The position numbers and the translations under genes are program-made. The notes under the pieces were generated by a model. It saw only the letters and a program-made list of their open reading frames with translations, did not search any database and was not told the origin of the DNA. From an uncultured Piscirickettsiaceae bacterium (GTDB lineage: Bacteria; Pseudomonadota; Gammaproteobacteria; GCF-002020875): a stretch of DNA of 64,000 bases. This document shows, piece by piece, positions 9,617 to 20,479 of the stretch. The stretch spans positions 2,332-66,331 of the forward strand of contig CAYFMX010000010.1 in the NCBI GenBank assembly GCA_964344325.1, in the 5' to 3' direction. How positions within the stretch are numbered: position 1 is the stretch's first letter; each line of letters starts with the position of its first letter.

Positions 9617-9811
9617 AACCTATCCCTTCTACAAGCTAACAATCCAATATACGGACTAGCTAGTCCGCTTAATTTTCTTAAGTATACGGACAATATAGTC
9701 CGCATATTCATCTAAATCTAACCCAAAAACGGACAATCCCACTTATTGCGATACAACCAAACTGTCAAAAAGAAAAAATCAAGCACATAGAAAAAACTTT
9801 CAAATGAAGAC
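9617..9811 (-). promoter_or_regulatory. attI-like / promoter region heading the cassette-like array
   Basis: Minus strand has GTTAGCT 23 nt upstream of the ORF1 ATG. Two direct repeats TATACGGAC(N6)TAGTCCGC, one containing the perfect palindrome CGGACTAGCTAGTCCG. Confidence 0.35.
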
Positions 9812-10654
9812 CTAATCGGGTGAGGACAACGCACTTAATGCAGCGAATTCCTGCAACGAAAGCGTCTCTGCACGACGGATTGGATCAATTCCACTCTGTT
9901 CAAACTGCTCCAGCGAGACCAGCTTTTTCAAACTGTTACGTAAGGTTTTTCGTCGTTGCGCAAACGCGGCGGTGACAACTTGTGCAAAATGTGCCTCATC
10001 CGCAATTTCAACCGTTGACGTTTCCCACGGAACCAGCCGCACCACAGCAGAATCGACTTTCGGTGGTGGATAAAACGCGTGCGGCGGCACATCCAGAATT
10101 GACTCTACACGACAAAACCGCTGCACCATCACCGAAAGCCGCCCATACGTGCCACTACCCGGCATTGCCGCAAGGCGGTTCACCACCTCTTTTTGCAGCA
10201 TAAAGTGCATGTCCTGAATGATTGGCAACTGCGGCAGCAACTTGAAAATCAGCGGCGTGGAGATGTTGTAGGGCAAATTGCCAACAATGCGCAACTTTCG
10301 GGGATTCTCTTTCGATATTTCTGGAAGTAAGGTGGAAAAATCAAACTTCAGCACGTCTGCACTGTGAATCGTCAATTTTCCAGATTCACCAGCATCGGCA
10401 CATTTTTGCTCCAGAATTGGAATCAAATCGCGATCCAGCTCAACCGCCTGCATCTGTTTGACGAGCGGCAGCAATTCGCAGGTCAATGCGCCCTGTCCTG
10501 GGCCAATTTCGACGAGCCGATCATTTGGTTGCGGATCAATCGCACCAACAATTGCGCTAATGACCGAGAAATCTTGCAGGAAATTTTGCCCAAACCGTTT
10601 ACGCGGGCGGTGCGATGATTGAGAAGATAAGTTGGAAGAGGAAGGGGAATTCAT
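9812..10654 (-). CDS. rsmA: 16S rRNA (adenine1518-N6/adenine1519-N6)-dimethyltransferase
   Basis: RFGQNFLQD...VEIGPGQGALT SAM-binding motifs. Conserved position downstream of pdxA. Confidence 0.9.
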   Translation of the reverse strand: MNSPSSSNLSSQSSHRPRKRFGQNFLQDFSVISAIVGAIDPQPNDRLVEIGPGQGALTCELLPLVKQMQAVELDRDLIPILEQKCADAGESGKLTIHSADVLKFDFSTLLPEISKENPRKLRIVGNLPYNISTPLIFKLLPQLPIIQDMHFMLQKEVVNRLAAMPGSGTYGRLSVMVQRFCRVESILDVPPHAFYPPPKVDSAVVRLVPWETSTVEIADEAHFAQVVTAAFAQRRKTLRNSLKKLVSLEQFEQSGIDPIRRAETLSLQEFAALSALSSPD

Positions 10655-11661
10655 CCCTGTTTGGCCAATTCCATCGCGACTTGCAAACTGCCAAGATCAG
10701 CCTTACCGGTCCCTGCCAGTTCCAACGCTGTGCCGTGATCAACCGAAGTACGCAAAAATGGTAGTCCTAACGTCACATTGACCGAACGCCCGAAACCGCT
10801 GTGTTTCAATACCGGCAACCCTTGGTCATGGTACATCGCCAACACCGCGTCCGCCGTTTCTAGCATCCGTTCAGTGAACAGCGTATCGGCAGGCAATGGC
10901 CCAATCAAATCCATGCCTGCGCTACGTAATTCATCCAATACTGGCGTGATGATTTCGATCTCTTCGCATCCGAGATGCCCATCTTCGCCTGCATGCGGAT
11001 TCAGCCCGGCCACCAGAATTTTCGGCTGCGCAATATGGAATTGATCCCGCAAACTATTGTGCAAAATCGTCGCTGTATCCCGCACTTTCTCTTTCGTAAT
11101 TGCGGCTGCCACTTCTGAAAGCGGAAGATGAGTCGTCACCAACGCAACGCGCAAAGTCTCGTTGGCAAGCATCATCACCACTTCATCGACACCACACAAC
11201 GCCTGCAAAAATTCAGTATGGCCAGTGAACGGAATTTGCTGAACACTGCCAGATTGGCACGTTTTGCAAAGCAACCCCAGCTCCCCGGCCTGATTGATGA
11301 TCCCTTTATGGATCGGCCCAGTTACCAGCGCAGAAAATGGACTATTTTGATCCAGACACAAATTTGTCGCGGTACGGATTGTCTCCAACACATACGATGC
11401 GCTCGTCGGATTCAAACGCCCGGCAACTGCCTCGCCATCTAGTGGAATCGGATAGACAGAAAGTTTCCCTGCTTCCCGCGCAATGGGTTCCCCAATCTGC
11501 CAAAAAGCAGTCTGAATTGGCAGATTGAGCAAATCGGCACGACTTTGCAGCAATGCAGGATCGGCAAACGCTACCAGATCAAAATTCCGCGCCTGCTGCG
11601 CATATTGCACTGCAAGGTCAGGGCCGATCCCGGCAGGCTCGCCGGGCGTGAACGCAATCAT
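10651..11661 (-). CDS. pdxA: 4-hydroxythreonine-4-phosphate dehydrogenase
   Basis: Full-length PdxA similarity (IAFTPGEPAGIGPDL...GLNPHAGE...HGTA). 4-bp overlap with rsmA. Confidence 0.9.
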   Translation of the reverse strand: MIAFTPGEPAGIGPDLAVQYAQQARNFDLVAFADPALLQSRADLLNLPIQTAFWQIGEPIAREAGKLSVYPIPLDGEAVAGRLNPTSASYVLETIRTATNLCLDQNSPFSALVTGPIHKGIINQAGELGLLCKTCQSGSVQQIPFTGHTEFLQALCGVDEVVMMLANETLRVALVTTHLPLSEVAAAITKEKVRDTATILHNSLRDQFHIAQPKILVAGLNPHAGEDGHLGCEEIEIITPVLDELRSAGMDLIGPLPADTLFTERMLETADAVLAMYHDQGLPVLKHSGFGRSVNVTLGLPFLRTSVDHGTALELAGTGKADLGSLQVAMELAKQG

Positions 11662-11701
11662 AAAATCAGCAACTCAATCGGCTGATTCATCACCCATCCG
11701 A

Positions 11702-12724
11702 TCAATAATCGGATTCGTTCAAGTGATACTGAACAAAAGCTTCATTCCGAATACGGCGTACCCAAGCTTCCGTCTCTTCACCCAATTTACGCTGATAAAG
11801 CAATTGTTCTGCACGTGAACGAATGACTTTCTTACTAATTTCTTCACCAGATTGATTACTAATATGACGCACATCCAACAACTTCAGAAAATGAAAACCA
11901 TACTGGTCTCGAAGTGGGCCAACGAACGATTCTTTCTCTACTCTAGGCAAATGCTTAGTAAAAAGCGACGGTAGCTCCTCCGCACGTTTCCACGGCCATT
12001 TCCCCCCTTGCAACGCATGGGTTCCGCTAGAATATTTCATGGCTACCTGCTCAAAAGCAACGCCAGACCGCAACTCTTTTTCCGCAACGGCTGCTTTCTG
12101 TTTGGTTTTGGAAAAATAGGTAGATGTTGCAGATTCTGGAAAAGAGATGAGGATGTGTCCCAGCTTGTACTCTTTGAAAGCATTGATGCTATTCTCTAGC
12201 TGCTTGACTGCATGATCTACCTCATCCTTGGTCAAACGAATCCGACGCTGCAACCGTTGCTCTTTGAAACGCTCCATAGTCAATTGCCGTTTTACATCCT
12301 CACGAAGCGTAGCGTACGGTGTTCCCTGCTGCTCCAACCGCTGCTTCAGGATTACTAGATTGACACCACTGCTCTTGGCAATCCGCTGTAATGCCTGATC
12401 AACCATTGCCTCTGTCGCCTCCATCCCGGCAGCCTTCGCATCCTGATATCGCAAACGATCCAGAACAATTTGCTCCAGCACCTGTCGAGTCAAATCTTGC
12501 AGAGGAGGCAGCGTAATATCCTGTTTTTCCAGCCGTTTTAAAACTGCTGCAATCTCTTCCCGCAGCTCTGTTTCCATAATGACGTCATCATTAACGACCG
12601 CAACAATTCGATCCAGAAATTTGATTCTCTCTGCTTGTGCTGTTACCGAAAAACCAAGCAATGAAAACAATAAAAGCAACGTAGGAAAAATAATTGTTCG
12701 TGGAAACAAAAACAGATTTTGCAT
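11702..12724 (-). CDS. surA: periplasmic chaperone/peptidyl-prolyl isomerase SurA-like
   Basis: Signal peptide (MQNLFLFPRTIIFPTLLLLFSLLGFSVTAQA). SurA N-terminal chaperone domain plus one parvulin-like region. Conserved lptD-surA-pdxA synteny. Start chosen at the signal-peptide Met inside the listed ORF. Confidence 0.75.
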   Translation of the reverse strand: MQNLFLFPRTIIFPTLLLLFSLLGFSVTAQAERIKFLDRIVAVVNDDVIMETELREEIAAVLKRLEKQDITLPPLQDLTRQVLEQIVLDRLRYQDAKAAGMEATEAMVDQALQRIAKSSGVNLVILKQRLEQQGTPYATLREDVKRQLTMERFKEQRLQRRIRLTKDEVDHAVKQLENSINAFKEYKLGHILISFPESATSTYFSKTKQKAAVAEKELRSGVAFEQVAMKYSSGTHALQGGKWPWKRAEELPSLFTKHLPRVEKESFVGPLRDQYGFHFLKLLDVRHISNQSGEEISKKVIRSRAEQLLYQRKLGEETEAWVRRIRNEAFVQYHLNESDY

Positions 12725-12825
12725 TACAGTAGATCCTTTAACAGATTTAAAAACATGCTGAATTTTCCGAGTAGCGTCACAATTCAATTTCTTAAACAAA
12801 TTTAATTTATTGACTTACCTGTTTT

Positions 12826-15057
12826 TTAAAGCCCATACATCCCGATCAACTGATCCATGGAATTTCCTTGTCCGGCCGCACCTAATCCTTTCAATTCAAA
12901 CATCAACCACCAAGTTGTATCATATTCATAGGTCGCATCATTATCATCTGCATCAATCAGGTGATGATTACGGCTGAAGCTTGTCTTCCAGCAACAGGTC
13001 TCATACTCCACACCGATCATTTCTTCCAGCTTATGACGCTTACCTGAACCTAACTCACGATCAGCACGCCCAATCAGATTCCATTTTGGCGTCAGCTTCA
13101 CACCAGCAGTCAAAGCAGCCTGCTTTTTATTGTCATCCTCGGTATCGTTCGGATCCAGATCCCGCTGCCGCAGAAAACCAGCACGCAGGAAGTGTCCTCC
13201 TTGCATGTAATATTGATACTGCGCATGCGCTGTGTCATTTTCCATACTATACGGATCCCAGTTACTGACCGCTTCCACGGTATGTGGCCCCAATGCTGCA
13301 CGCAATTTGCCCACAATATTCGACCAATCCCGTTCCTCCTGCACAAAATTATACGCTTGTGCAATAGATGCAGTGACCAATTGGTTTCCCTGTTCTGATC
13401 CCACTAAATGGGTACTCACCTTCGCCGTCACCTGATCCACATGCGAAGTCTTGTCCTTACCCAACCAAAAATTGTTCCTCAGATATTCATTCTCATCCGC
13501 ACGCAATTGCGTGGAATCGAAATGATCCAGTTCCGCACTCAAATCGCCATCCCGCCCTTTGGGAATGTAAGTATAGGTGAGCGTCGGCTCCAGTTCCTGC
13601 CGATACCGCCCGCCTGTCAGATCGCGGTCCAGAAACAATCCCGTCTGTAGCGAATAGGTTGGTGTCGTGCGTTGCACTGAATCGACATTGTTACCGGTCG
13701 CATCCAGATTGTAATCCGCATAAGCAACTGAAACCTGCGGACGAACAAACGCCGCATTATTCAGCATCGTGTGGGTATAAGAAATTTCCGGATTGATCCA
13801 GCTGCGTCGCCCCGTCGTTTCTGTTGGGCTGCTGTGGTCAAAATCTGTCCACTGGCTGTGGAAACCGTAATTGAAGCGGTTATCCCTCCCCGGCGTTGCC
13901 CATGCCAGATTCAACTCCGGCATTTTTTTGTACGGAATTTCATCCGCATCCAAATCATCTGCTACCATGTAGTAACCAGACAGCAACGCGCTCGCCTGCC
14001 ACTGCCCATTCTGATAGTTAAGCTGCGCCCGCTGGTTCAGGCGATCCACGCTGGAACGATTCAGAGAATCTGCCAAATCCTCATAATAATCACGATCCGA
14101 AAGCCGTCCGTAATCAATTTCGTAAGTGAAAAGACCATTCAATGCGCCATTATGAGCAAGCTTCAACTCATAACGATCTTTATTGCTGTATAGATCATCA
14201 TCTGGCAAAAAACTGGCTTCCAGCTGCCCTTGATAATCCGTATCCAAATAGCGGTACTCTCCTCCTAACATCGCCCCGCGTTTGGAAACGCCGCCCGGCG
14301 TAATCGTCATATCCTGATTTGGTGCGAGATTCCAGTACCACGGCACATTGACTACCGCGCCATTGCGGTCGGTATATTTGAGATTTGGCATCAACCAACC
14401 ACTTTTACGGCGTTCGTCGGTTGGGAATGTATAATACGGAGAGTAGAAAATCGGTGTATCCCGGAATGTCACCACCGCCCCTTTCGCTGTACCCCAGCCC
14501 GTCAATTCATTCACTGCAATCAAATCTGCATGAAGCTTCCAACTTCCATCTTCAGATCGGCAATTAGAATAGTCCGCATCGACATACCGCGTGGTATAAG
14601 TTCCCCGTTTTTCCACCCGCGCCGCTTGCCCCCAGCCATTGCCGCCGGGAACAGTGTAGGTAGCGTTTTCGATTACCCCGGTATCATTGGTGTGGTTGAA
14701 CCAACCCCGTGCACCAGTCAACACTTGCTCCCCTTGCTGGAACAATTGCAAATTCCCTTCCGCGTTGAGCCGTCCACTATTATCGTCATATAGTAATTCG
14801 TCCGCCTTCATCACCTGATCTGCCTTGGTGGCGACCACATTATTCCGGTAGCGGTAACGTCCCTGATCCAACATAGAAGCTTCATCGGCTTCCACCTGAA
14901 TCGCCTGTTCTGCACGGTCTGCAATTTGTAATGGATTAGCGATACCAGTTCTTGGAGCCGGGCAACTGTCCGCTTGCGCGGCTGTCGCGATCAGTGTCGC
15001 CAAGAGGGAAAACGCAAAAGGAGGAAGAAGAGAAGTCGGTCGGGAATAACGTGTCAC
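12826..15057 (-). CDS. lptD: LPS-assembly outer-membrane protein LptD
   Basis: 743 aa. Signal peptide, OstA-like N-terminal domain, large beta-barrel region. Synteny with surA. Confidence 0.9.
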   Translation of the reverse strand: MTRYSRPTSLLPPFAFSLLATLIATAAQADSCPAPRTGIANPLQIADRAEQAIQVEADEASMLDQGRYRYRNNVVATKADQVMKADELLYDDNSGRLNAEGNLQLFQQGEQVLTGARGWFNHTNDTGVIENATYTVPGGNGWGQAARVEKRGTYTTRYVDADYSNCRSEDGSWKLHADLIAVNELTGWGTAKGAVVTFRDTPIFYSPYYTFPTDERRKSGWLMPNLKYTDRNGAVVNVPWYWNLAPNQDMTITPGGVSKRGAMLGGEYRYLDTDYQGQLEASFLPDDDLYSNKDRYELKLAHNGALNGLFTYEIDYGRLSDRDYYEDLADSLNRSSVDRLNQRAQLNYQNGQWQASALLSGYYMVADDLDADEIPYKKMPELNLAWATPGRDNRFNYGFHSQWTDFDHSSPTETTGRRSWINPEISYTHTMLNNAAFVRPQVSVAYADYNLDATGNNVDSVQRTTPTYSLQTGLFLDRDLTGGRYRQELEPTLTYTYIPKGRDGDLSAELDHFDSTQLRADENEYLRNNFWLGKDKTSHVDQVTAKVSTHLVGSEQGNQLVTASIAQAYNFVQEERDWSNIVGKLRAALGPHTVEAVSNWDPYSMENDTAHAQYQYYMQGGHFLRAGFLRQRDLDPNDTEDDNKKQAALTAGVKLTPKWNLIGRADRELGSGKRHKLEEMIGVEYETCCWKTSFSRNHHLIDADDNDATYEYDTTWWLMFELKGLGAAGQGNSMDQLIGMYGL

Positions 15058-15353
15058 GGGATTGCAACCAGGTTTTGACGTTTCAGTTTCAACGCACTCA
15101 CTAAAGCACTCTCAGTACTTTTCAGCACTTTCAATTCCATTTTTATGCATATTTATGCACAACAATTGAATTCAAAACGAATTCGAAAACGCGTTAACCG
15201 AAACGGTTCGTCGGAAAAGGTTAAAAATCGCATAAAATCGCCTCAAATTCAATGCAATTGGCAGAATAGATTCAGAATCACAAGCGAATAAAAGGTTCCG
15301 TTCCTAAAAAAAAATTGTGTATCATACGCCGCTTCCAAAACTGGAACCGTTGT

Positions 15354-15430
15354 CGGAATGTAGCGCAGTCTGGTAGCGCACCTCGTTCGGGACGAGGGGG
15401 TCGGAGGTTCGAATCCTCTCATTCCGACCA
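15354..15430 (+). tRNA. tRNA-Pro (anticodon CGG)
   Basis: 77-nt cloverleaf: acceptor CGGAATG/CATTCCG, D stem GCGC/GCGC, anticodon stem CCTCG/CGAGG with loop TTCGGGA, T loop TTCGAAT, 3' ACCA encoded. Confidence 0.85.
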
Positions 15431-15525
15431 TTTTCTTTCCGGTTTCTTTGAATTTTTCTTCCCGAGTTTCATTCCCCTAACATCCTGTCAAAGTGATTTG
15501 CAAAGGGACAGAAAAGGAACATCCT

Positions 15526-16566
15526 GTGGACAAGCGGCTTCAACAACTCACGACATGGATTTCCGACCAGACGGGAACAGCCCCACAACAGATTGAACCG
15601 GCCTCCGAAGATGCCAGTTTTCGGCGTTATTTCCGCATGACGCAAGCAGACGGCAGCACAACCATTCTGGTCGATGCGCCGCCGGAAAAAGAAGATCCCC
15701 AACCCTTTGTTACCATCGCAAAAGTCTTGCGAGAGATTGGCCTTAACGCGCCAGAAGTATTTGCTGCTGATCTGGAACAAGGTTTCCTCTGGCTTTCTGA
15801 TCTGGGAACAACTTCTTATTTAGATGCGCTCAATACAAGCGATTTAGAAAAAGCCGACGCGCTTTACAAAGATGCAATTCGCGCACTAATCCAGCTGCAA
15901 ACCCACTGGCCGAAAAAACACGACCCAGAATACACGCCACAACACGAATTGCCCCGCTACGATGTCACTTTGTTGCTGGCAGAAATGAACCTCTTCCGTG
16001 ACTGGTATCTGCGCCAACATTGTGGTTTGAAACTGGAAGACAAACGCAACCGGATTTTCTGCCACACATTTTCGCTACTTGCTGATAATGCACTGAAACA
16101 ACCGCGTGTAACTGTGCATCGTGATTATCACTCGCGCAATCTGATGGCTATCAAAGAAAACAACCCTGGCATTTTAGATTTTCAGGACGCAGTACGCGGA
16201 CCAATCACCTACGATCTCGTTTCGCTGTTGCGTGACTGTTACATTGCCTGGCCTGCTGAACAGATCGAAACATGGCTATTGTGGACATATCAGCAAATGC
16301 AAACCGCCGGACAACTGGAGGAAGTTCCATTCGAGCAGTTCCAACGCTGGTTTGACTGGATGGGAATGCAGCGTCACCTCAAGGCAATTGGTATTTTTGC
16401 GCGGCTCCACCACCGCGACGACAAATCCAACTACCTCAATGACATTCCACGCACGATGAACTATCTGGTGGAAATCTCCGCAAAATATCCAGAACTGGCT
16501 CACTTCCATCAGTTCTTGCGTGCGTTACAAGCTGAACAGTCTGAACAAGCTAAATCCAGTTCATAA
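15526..16566 (+). CDS. amgK: N-acetylmuramate/N-acetylglucosamine kinase (aminoglycoside-phosphotransferase fold)
   Basis: APH-like kinase motifs (HRDYHSRNLM, ILDFQD). Conserved pairing with the downstream murU-like gene, as in Pseudomonas. Likely GTG start at 15526 with AAGGAA Shine-Dalgarno sequence. Confidence 0.7.
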   Translation: MDKRLQQLTTWISDQTGTAPQQIEPASEDASFRRYFRMTQADGSTTILVDAPPEKEDPQPFVTIAKVLREIGLNAPEVFAADLEQGFLWLSDLGTTSYLDALNTSDLEKADALYKDAIRALIQLQTHWPKKHDPEYTPQHELPRYDVTLLLAEMNLFRDWYLRQHCGLKLEDKRNRIFCHTFSLLADNALKQPRVTVHRDYHSRNLMAIKENNPGILDFQDAVRGPITYDLVSLLRDCYIAWPAEQIETWLLWTYQQMQTAGQLEEVPFEQFQRWFDWMGMQRHLKAIGIFARLHHRDDKSNYLNDIPRTMNYLVEISAKYPELAHFHQFLRALQAEQSEQAKSSS

Positions 16567-16574
16567 TTCCCAGT

Positions 16575-17270
16575 ATGAAAGCGATGATCCTTTCCGCCGG
16601 TCGCGGCGAGCGAATGCGTCCGTTGACGGACAGACAACCCAAACCACTGCTAAAAGTGGGTGGAAAATCACTGCTAGAACACCACATTGAGGCGTTGAAA
16701 CGCGCTGGAATCACCGAACTGGTAATCAACCATGCATGGTGTGGCGACAAAATTATTGCCAAACTGGGAACTGGTAAGCGATACGGCGTTTCAATCCATT
16801 ATTCATCCGAACAGCCTACCGCACTGGAAACTGGCGGTGGAATTTTGCAGGCTTTACCCTTGCTTGGCGATGCACCATTTCTTGTTGTGAGCGGCGATAT
16901 TTTTACCGATTATGATTTTTCCCAACTCGCCAATATTCAGCCAGCTCCCGAAACACTGGCACACCTAGTATTGGCTGATAATCCAGTTCATCATCCACAC
17001 GGTGATTTCCACCTTGATGATCAAAACAATCATCAAACTGAAAAAAGCAGGAAAATTTCTCTGGATGGCGCATCAAAACTGACTTACAGCGGCATCAGCC
17101 TGCTCCGCCCGGAACTATTCAACGATTGTGATCCGGGCGCATTTCCGTTACGCATTCCGCTCCGCAAAGCGATCCGCAACGGTACTGTCACTGGCGAACA
17201 CCACCCAGGATTCTGGTCCGATGTAGGTACACCAGAGCGTTTAACAACGCTCCAGCAAAATCATTTCTGA
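16575..17270 (+). CDS. murU: N-acetylmuramate alpha-1-phosphate uridylyltransferase
   Basis: Nucleotidyltransferase motif [23 protein letters not shown]. Adjacent to amgK. Confidence 0.75.
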   Translation: MKAMILSAGRGERMRPLTDRQPKPLLKVGGKSLLEHHIEALKRAGITELVINHAWCGDKIIAKLGTGKRYGVSIHYSSEQPTALETGGGILQALPLLGDAPFLVVSGDIFTDYDFSQLANIQPAPETLAHLVLADNPVHHPHGDFHLDDQNNHQTEKSRKISLDGASKLTYSGISLLRPELFNDCDPGAFPLRIPLRKAIRNGTVTGEHHPGFWSDVGTPERLTTLQQNHF

Positions 17271-18409
17271 TCCGTCAGATTCTCAAAGAAAGTTTTCATC
17301 TTGTCGACCCAGGAAGAGTGCTGCGGACTATGTTTCTCGCGCTTCTTCTCCAACGACTCACCGAACTCCTTGAGCAATTTTTTCTGATGATTACTGAGGT
17401 TGACTGGTGTCTCCACTATGATTCGGCAAAGCAAATCACCCGTACTGTGACTCCGTACTGATTTAACCCCTTTACCACGCAATCGGAACAGCTTCCCAGT
17501 TTGTGATTCCGGTGGAATCTTCAGCTTCACACACTGACTTTCACCGAGGCAGGGCACTTCTACTTCACCACCCAATGCCGCTTCCACAATCCCGACCGGA
17601 ATTTCACAATAGAGATCATCGCCATCACGGGTGAAAATCTCATGCTCTTTCACCTGAACCTCAACGAACAGATCGCCCGATGGGCCGCCATTGCGCCCTG
17701 CCTCACCCTCACCGCGCAGCCGTACGCGGTCACCCGTATCGACCCCAGCTGGAATATTGACGGAGAGCGTCTTCTCGCGTTTGACTTGTCCGGAACCATT
17801 ACATGCAGTACACGGCTCTTTGATCTCTTTGCCAGAACCGTGGCACGTCGGGCAGGTCTGCTGCACGGAGAAAAATCCCTGCTGCATCCGCACCTTACCC
17901 GCGCCACCACAGGTACTACAAGTAACGGGTGAAGAACCCGGTTTTGCGCCCGTCCCTTTACAGGTATCGCACGTCTCATGAACTGGAATGCGGATTTCTC
18001 GCTTCACGCCGGAAATCGCCTTATCCAATGTCAACACCATGCGGTAGGCGATATCAGAACCGCGATAAACCCGTGGCCCACCACCTTGCTGACGCCGACC
18101 ACCGCCACCGAAGATATCGCCGAACATATCCTCGAAAATATCCCCAAATCCAGCGCCACCGCCTGCACCACCACCCATTGAAGGATCAACGCCTGCATGT
18201 CCAAACTGGTCATACGCAGAACGCTTTTGCGAATCGCTCAAAATTTCATGCGCTTCCTTGACCTCCTTGAATTTGGCCTCCGCATCCTCGCTATCCGGGT
18301 TACGGTCAGGATGATATTTCATCGCCATCCGCCGGTAAGCTTTCTTCAAATCCGCTTCACTGGCGTTTTTATCAACGCCAAGCACTTCGTAATAATCTCG
18401 TTTTGACAT
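17261..18409 (-). CDS. dnaJ: molecular chaperone DnaJ
   Basis: J domain (DYYEVLGV...HPDRN), G/F-rich linker, four CxxCxGxG zinc-finger repeats. Confidence 0.95.
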   Translation of the reverse strand: MSKRDYYEVLGVDKNASEADLKKAYRRMAMKYHPDRNPDSEDAEAKFKEVKEAHEILSDSQKRSAYDQFGHAGVDPSMGGGAGGGAGFGDIFEDMFGDIFGGGGRRQQGGGPRVYRGSDIAYRMVLTLDKAISGVKREIRIPVHETCDTCKGTGAKPGSSPVTCSTCGGAGKVRMQQGFFSVQQTCPTCHGSGKEIKEPCTACNGSGQVKREKTLSVNIPAGVDTGDRVRLRGEGEAGRNGGPSGDLFVEVQVKEHEIFTRDGDDLYCEIPVGIVEAALGGEVEVPCLGESQCVKLKIPPESQTGKLFRLRGKGVKSVRSHSTGDLLCRIIVETPVNLSNHQKKLLKEFGESLEKKREKHSPQHSSWVDKMKTFFENLTDQK

Positions 18410-18507
18410 GATTTGTTATGACTAAAAAAACTAAAGAACGAAACCAAAAAAAGCACACAGACCCAATCTGGAATCTGTGTGCCTATTTTCAAGACAGCAC
18501 AAAATGA

Positions 18508-20436
18508 TTATTTCTTGTCCTTGTCGACTTCCTCAAACTCCGCATCGACCACATCGTCATCCTGCGCAGCAGAAGATGCGCCTGCATCGCCGTCCGGCTG
18601 ACCACCAGCTGCACCCGCTTGCTGCGCATACATCCGCTCGGTCATCTTGGAAGAAGCTTCGGTCAACACCTTGGTTTTCGCTTCGATCTCTTCCTTGCTA
18701 TCGCCCTTCATCGCAACTTCAAGTTCACCAACCGCTTTGTTGATCGCCTCTTTCTCCGCATCATCGACCTGATCACCCGCCTCTTCCAATGCTTTCTTCG
18801 TTGCATGAACGAGCGCATCAGCCTGATTACGCGTTTCGACCAGTTCGTTGAACTTGCGGTCTTCATCCGCATGCGCTTCCGCATCCTTGACCATCTTATC
18901 GATCTCGTCATCACTCAAACCACTGGATGCCTTGATCACAATCGACTGCTCTTTACCCGTTGCTTTGTCCTTCGCAGAAACGTTGAGGATACCATTCGCA
19001 TCAATGTCAAAATTCACCTCAATCTGCGGCTGACCACGCGGCGCAGGTGGAATATCACTCAAATCAAACCGACCGAGTGATTTGTTCGCTGTCGCCTGAT
19101 TGCGTTCACCCTGCAAAACGTGAACTGTAACTGCGGTCTGGTTGTCGTCCGCTGTGGAGAAAACCTGATTCGCCTTGGTCGGGATCGTGGTGTTCTTGTC
19201 GATCAGCTTCGTCATCACACCACCGAGCGTCTCAATACCGAGTGACAACGGAGTCACGTCGAGCAACAACACATCATTCACATCACCTGCCAACACGCCA
19301 CCCTGAATCGCCGCGCCCATCGCAACCGCTTCATCCGGGTTCACGTCTTTACGTGGCTCTTTGCCGAAAAAGGCCTGTACTGCTTCCTGTACTTTCGGCA
19401 TACGGGTCTGACCACCGACCAAAATCACATCGCCGATGTCCGAATTGGAAAGCCCTGCATCCTTCATCGCCTGACGGCATGGTTCAATCGAACGCTGCAC
19501 CAGATCGTCCACCAAAGATTCCAGCTTCGCACGGGTGATCTTCAGATTCATATGCTTCGGCCCAGAGGCATCTGCAGTAATGTACGGCAAATTGATGTCG
19601 GTCTGCTGACTGGAAGAAAGCTCAATCTTCGCCTTCTCTGCTGCCTCTTTCAGACGCTGCAACGCCATTGGGTCTTTAGACAGATCGACCCCCTGCTCGT
19701 TCTTGAACTCCGCAACCAGATGATCCATCAAACGGTTGTCAAAATCCTCACCACCGAGGAAGGTATCACCATTCGTTGCCAATACTTCAAACTGATGCTC
19801 ACCATCAATTTCTGCAATTTCAATAATCGAAACGTCGAACGTACCACCACCCAAATCGTAAACGACTACGGTACGGTCGCCTTCTTTCTTGTCCATCCCG
19901 TACGCCAACGCTGCCGCAGTTGGTTCGTTGATGATACGTTTTACATTTAGGCCGGCAATTTTGCCCGCATCTTTCGTCGCCTGACGCTGGGAGTCGTTGA
20001 AGTAGGCTGGAACGGTAATGACCGCTTCTGCCACCTCTTCGCCGAGATACTCTTCGGCAGTTTTCTTCATCTTCATCAACGTACGCGCAGAAACTTCAGG
20101 CGCCGCCATCTTCTTGCCGTTCACCTCGACCCATGCATCGCCGTTGTCCGCCTTGACAATCTTATACGGAACCAGATCAATATCTTTCTGTACTACTTCG
20201 TCTTCAAAGCGACGACCAATCAGACGCTTGATCGCAAATAGTGTGTTATGCGGGTTGGTTACTGCCTGACGTTTCGCCGCCTGACCGACCAAAACTTCGC
20301 CATCTTCTGCATAGCCGATAATGGATGGGGTTGTGCGTGCGCCTTCGCTGTTTTCAATGACCCGTGCCTTGTCGCCTTCCAGTACGGAAACACAAGAGTT
20401 AGTAGTTCCCAAGTCAATGCCGATAATTTTTGCCAT
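18508..20436 (-). CDS. dnaK: molecular chaperone DnaK (Hsp70)
   Basis: [24 protein letters not shown] and other Hsp70 signatures. 642 aa. Confidence 0.95.
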   Translation of the reverse strand: MAKIIGIDLGTTNSCVSVLEGDKARVIENSEGARTTPSIIGYAEDGEVLVGQAAKRQAVTNPHNTLFAIKRLIGRRFEDEVVQKDIDLVPYKIVKADNGDAWVEVNGKKMAAPEVSARTLMKMKKTAEEYLGEEVAEAVITVPAYFNDSQRQATKDAGKIAGLNVKRIINEPTAAALAYGMDKKEGDRTVVVYDLGGGTFDVSIIEIAEIDGEHQFEVLATNGDTFLGGEDFDNRLMDHLVAEFKNEQGVDLSKDPMALQRLKEAAEKAKIELSSSQQTDINLPYITADASGPKHMNLKITRAKLESLVDDLVQRSIEPCRQAMKDAGLSNSDIGDVILVGGQTRMPKVQEAVQAFFGKEPRKDVNPDEAVAMGAAIQGGVLAGDVNDVLLLDVTPLSLGIETLGGVMTKLIDKNTTIPTKANQVFSTADDNQTAVTVHVLQGERNQATANKSLGRFDLSDIPPAPRGQPQIEVNFDIDANGILNVSAKDKATGKEQSIVIKASSGLSDDEIDKMVKDAEAHADEDRKFNELVETRNQADALVHATKKALEEAGDQVDDAEKEAINKAVGELEVAMKGDSKEEIEAKTKVLTEASSKMTERMYAQQAGAAGGQPDGDAGASSAAQDDDVVDAEFEEVDKDKK

Positions 20437-20479
20437 AATTTTCTTTCTCCAATTCGATTATTTCAAAATAGCTCAAACT

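Noticed and set aside
12981-14793. Multiple plus-strand ORFs inside lptD, and antisense ORFs inside mfd, topA, prlC, ccoN and the nuclease gene
   Set aside because: All are embedded in long, confidently assigned CDSs on the opposite strand or frame and lack motifs; treated as spurious.
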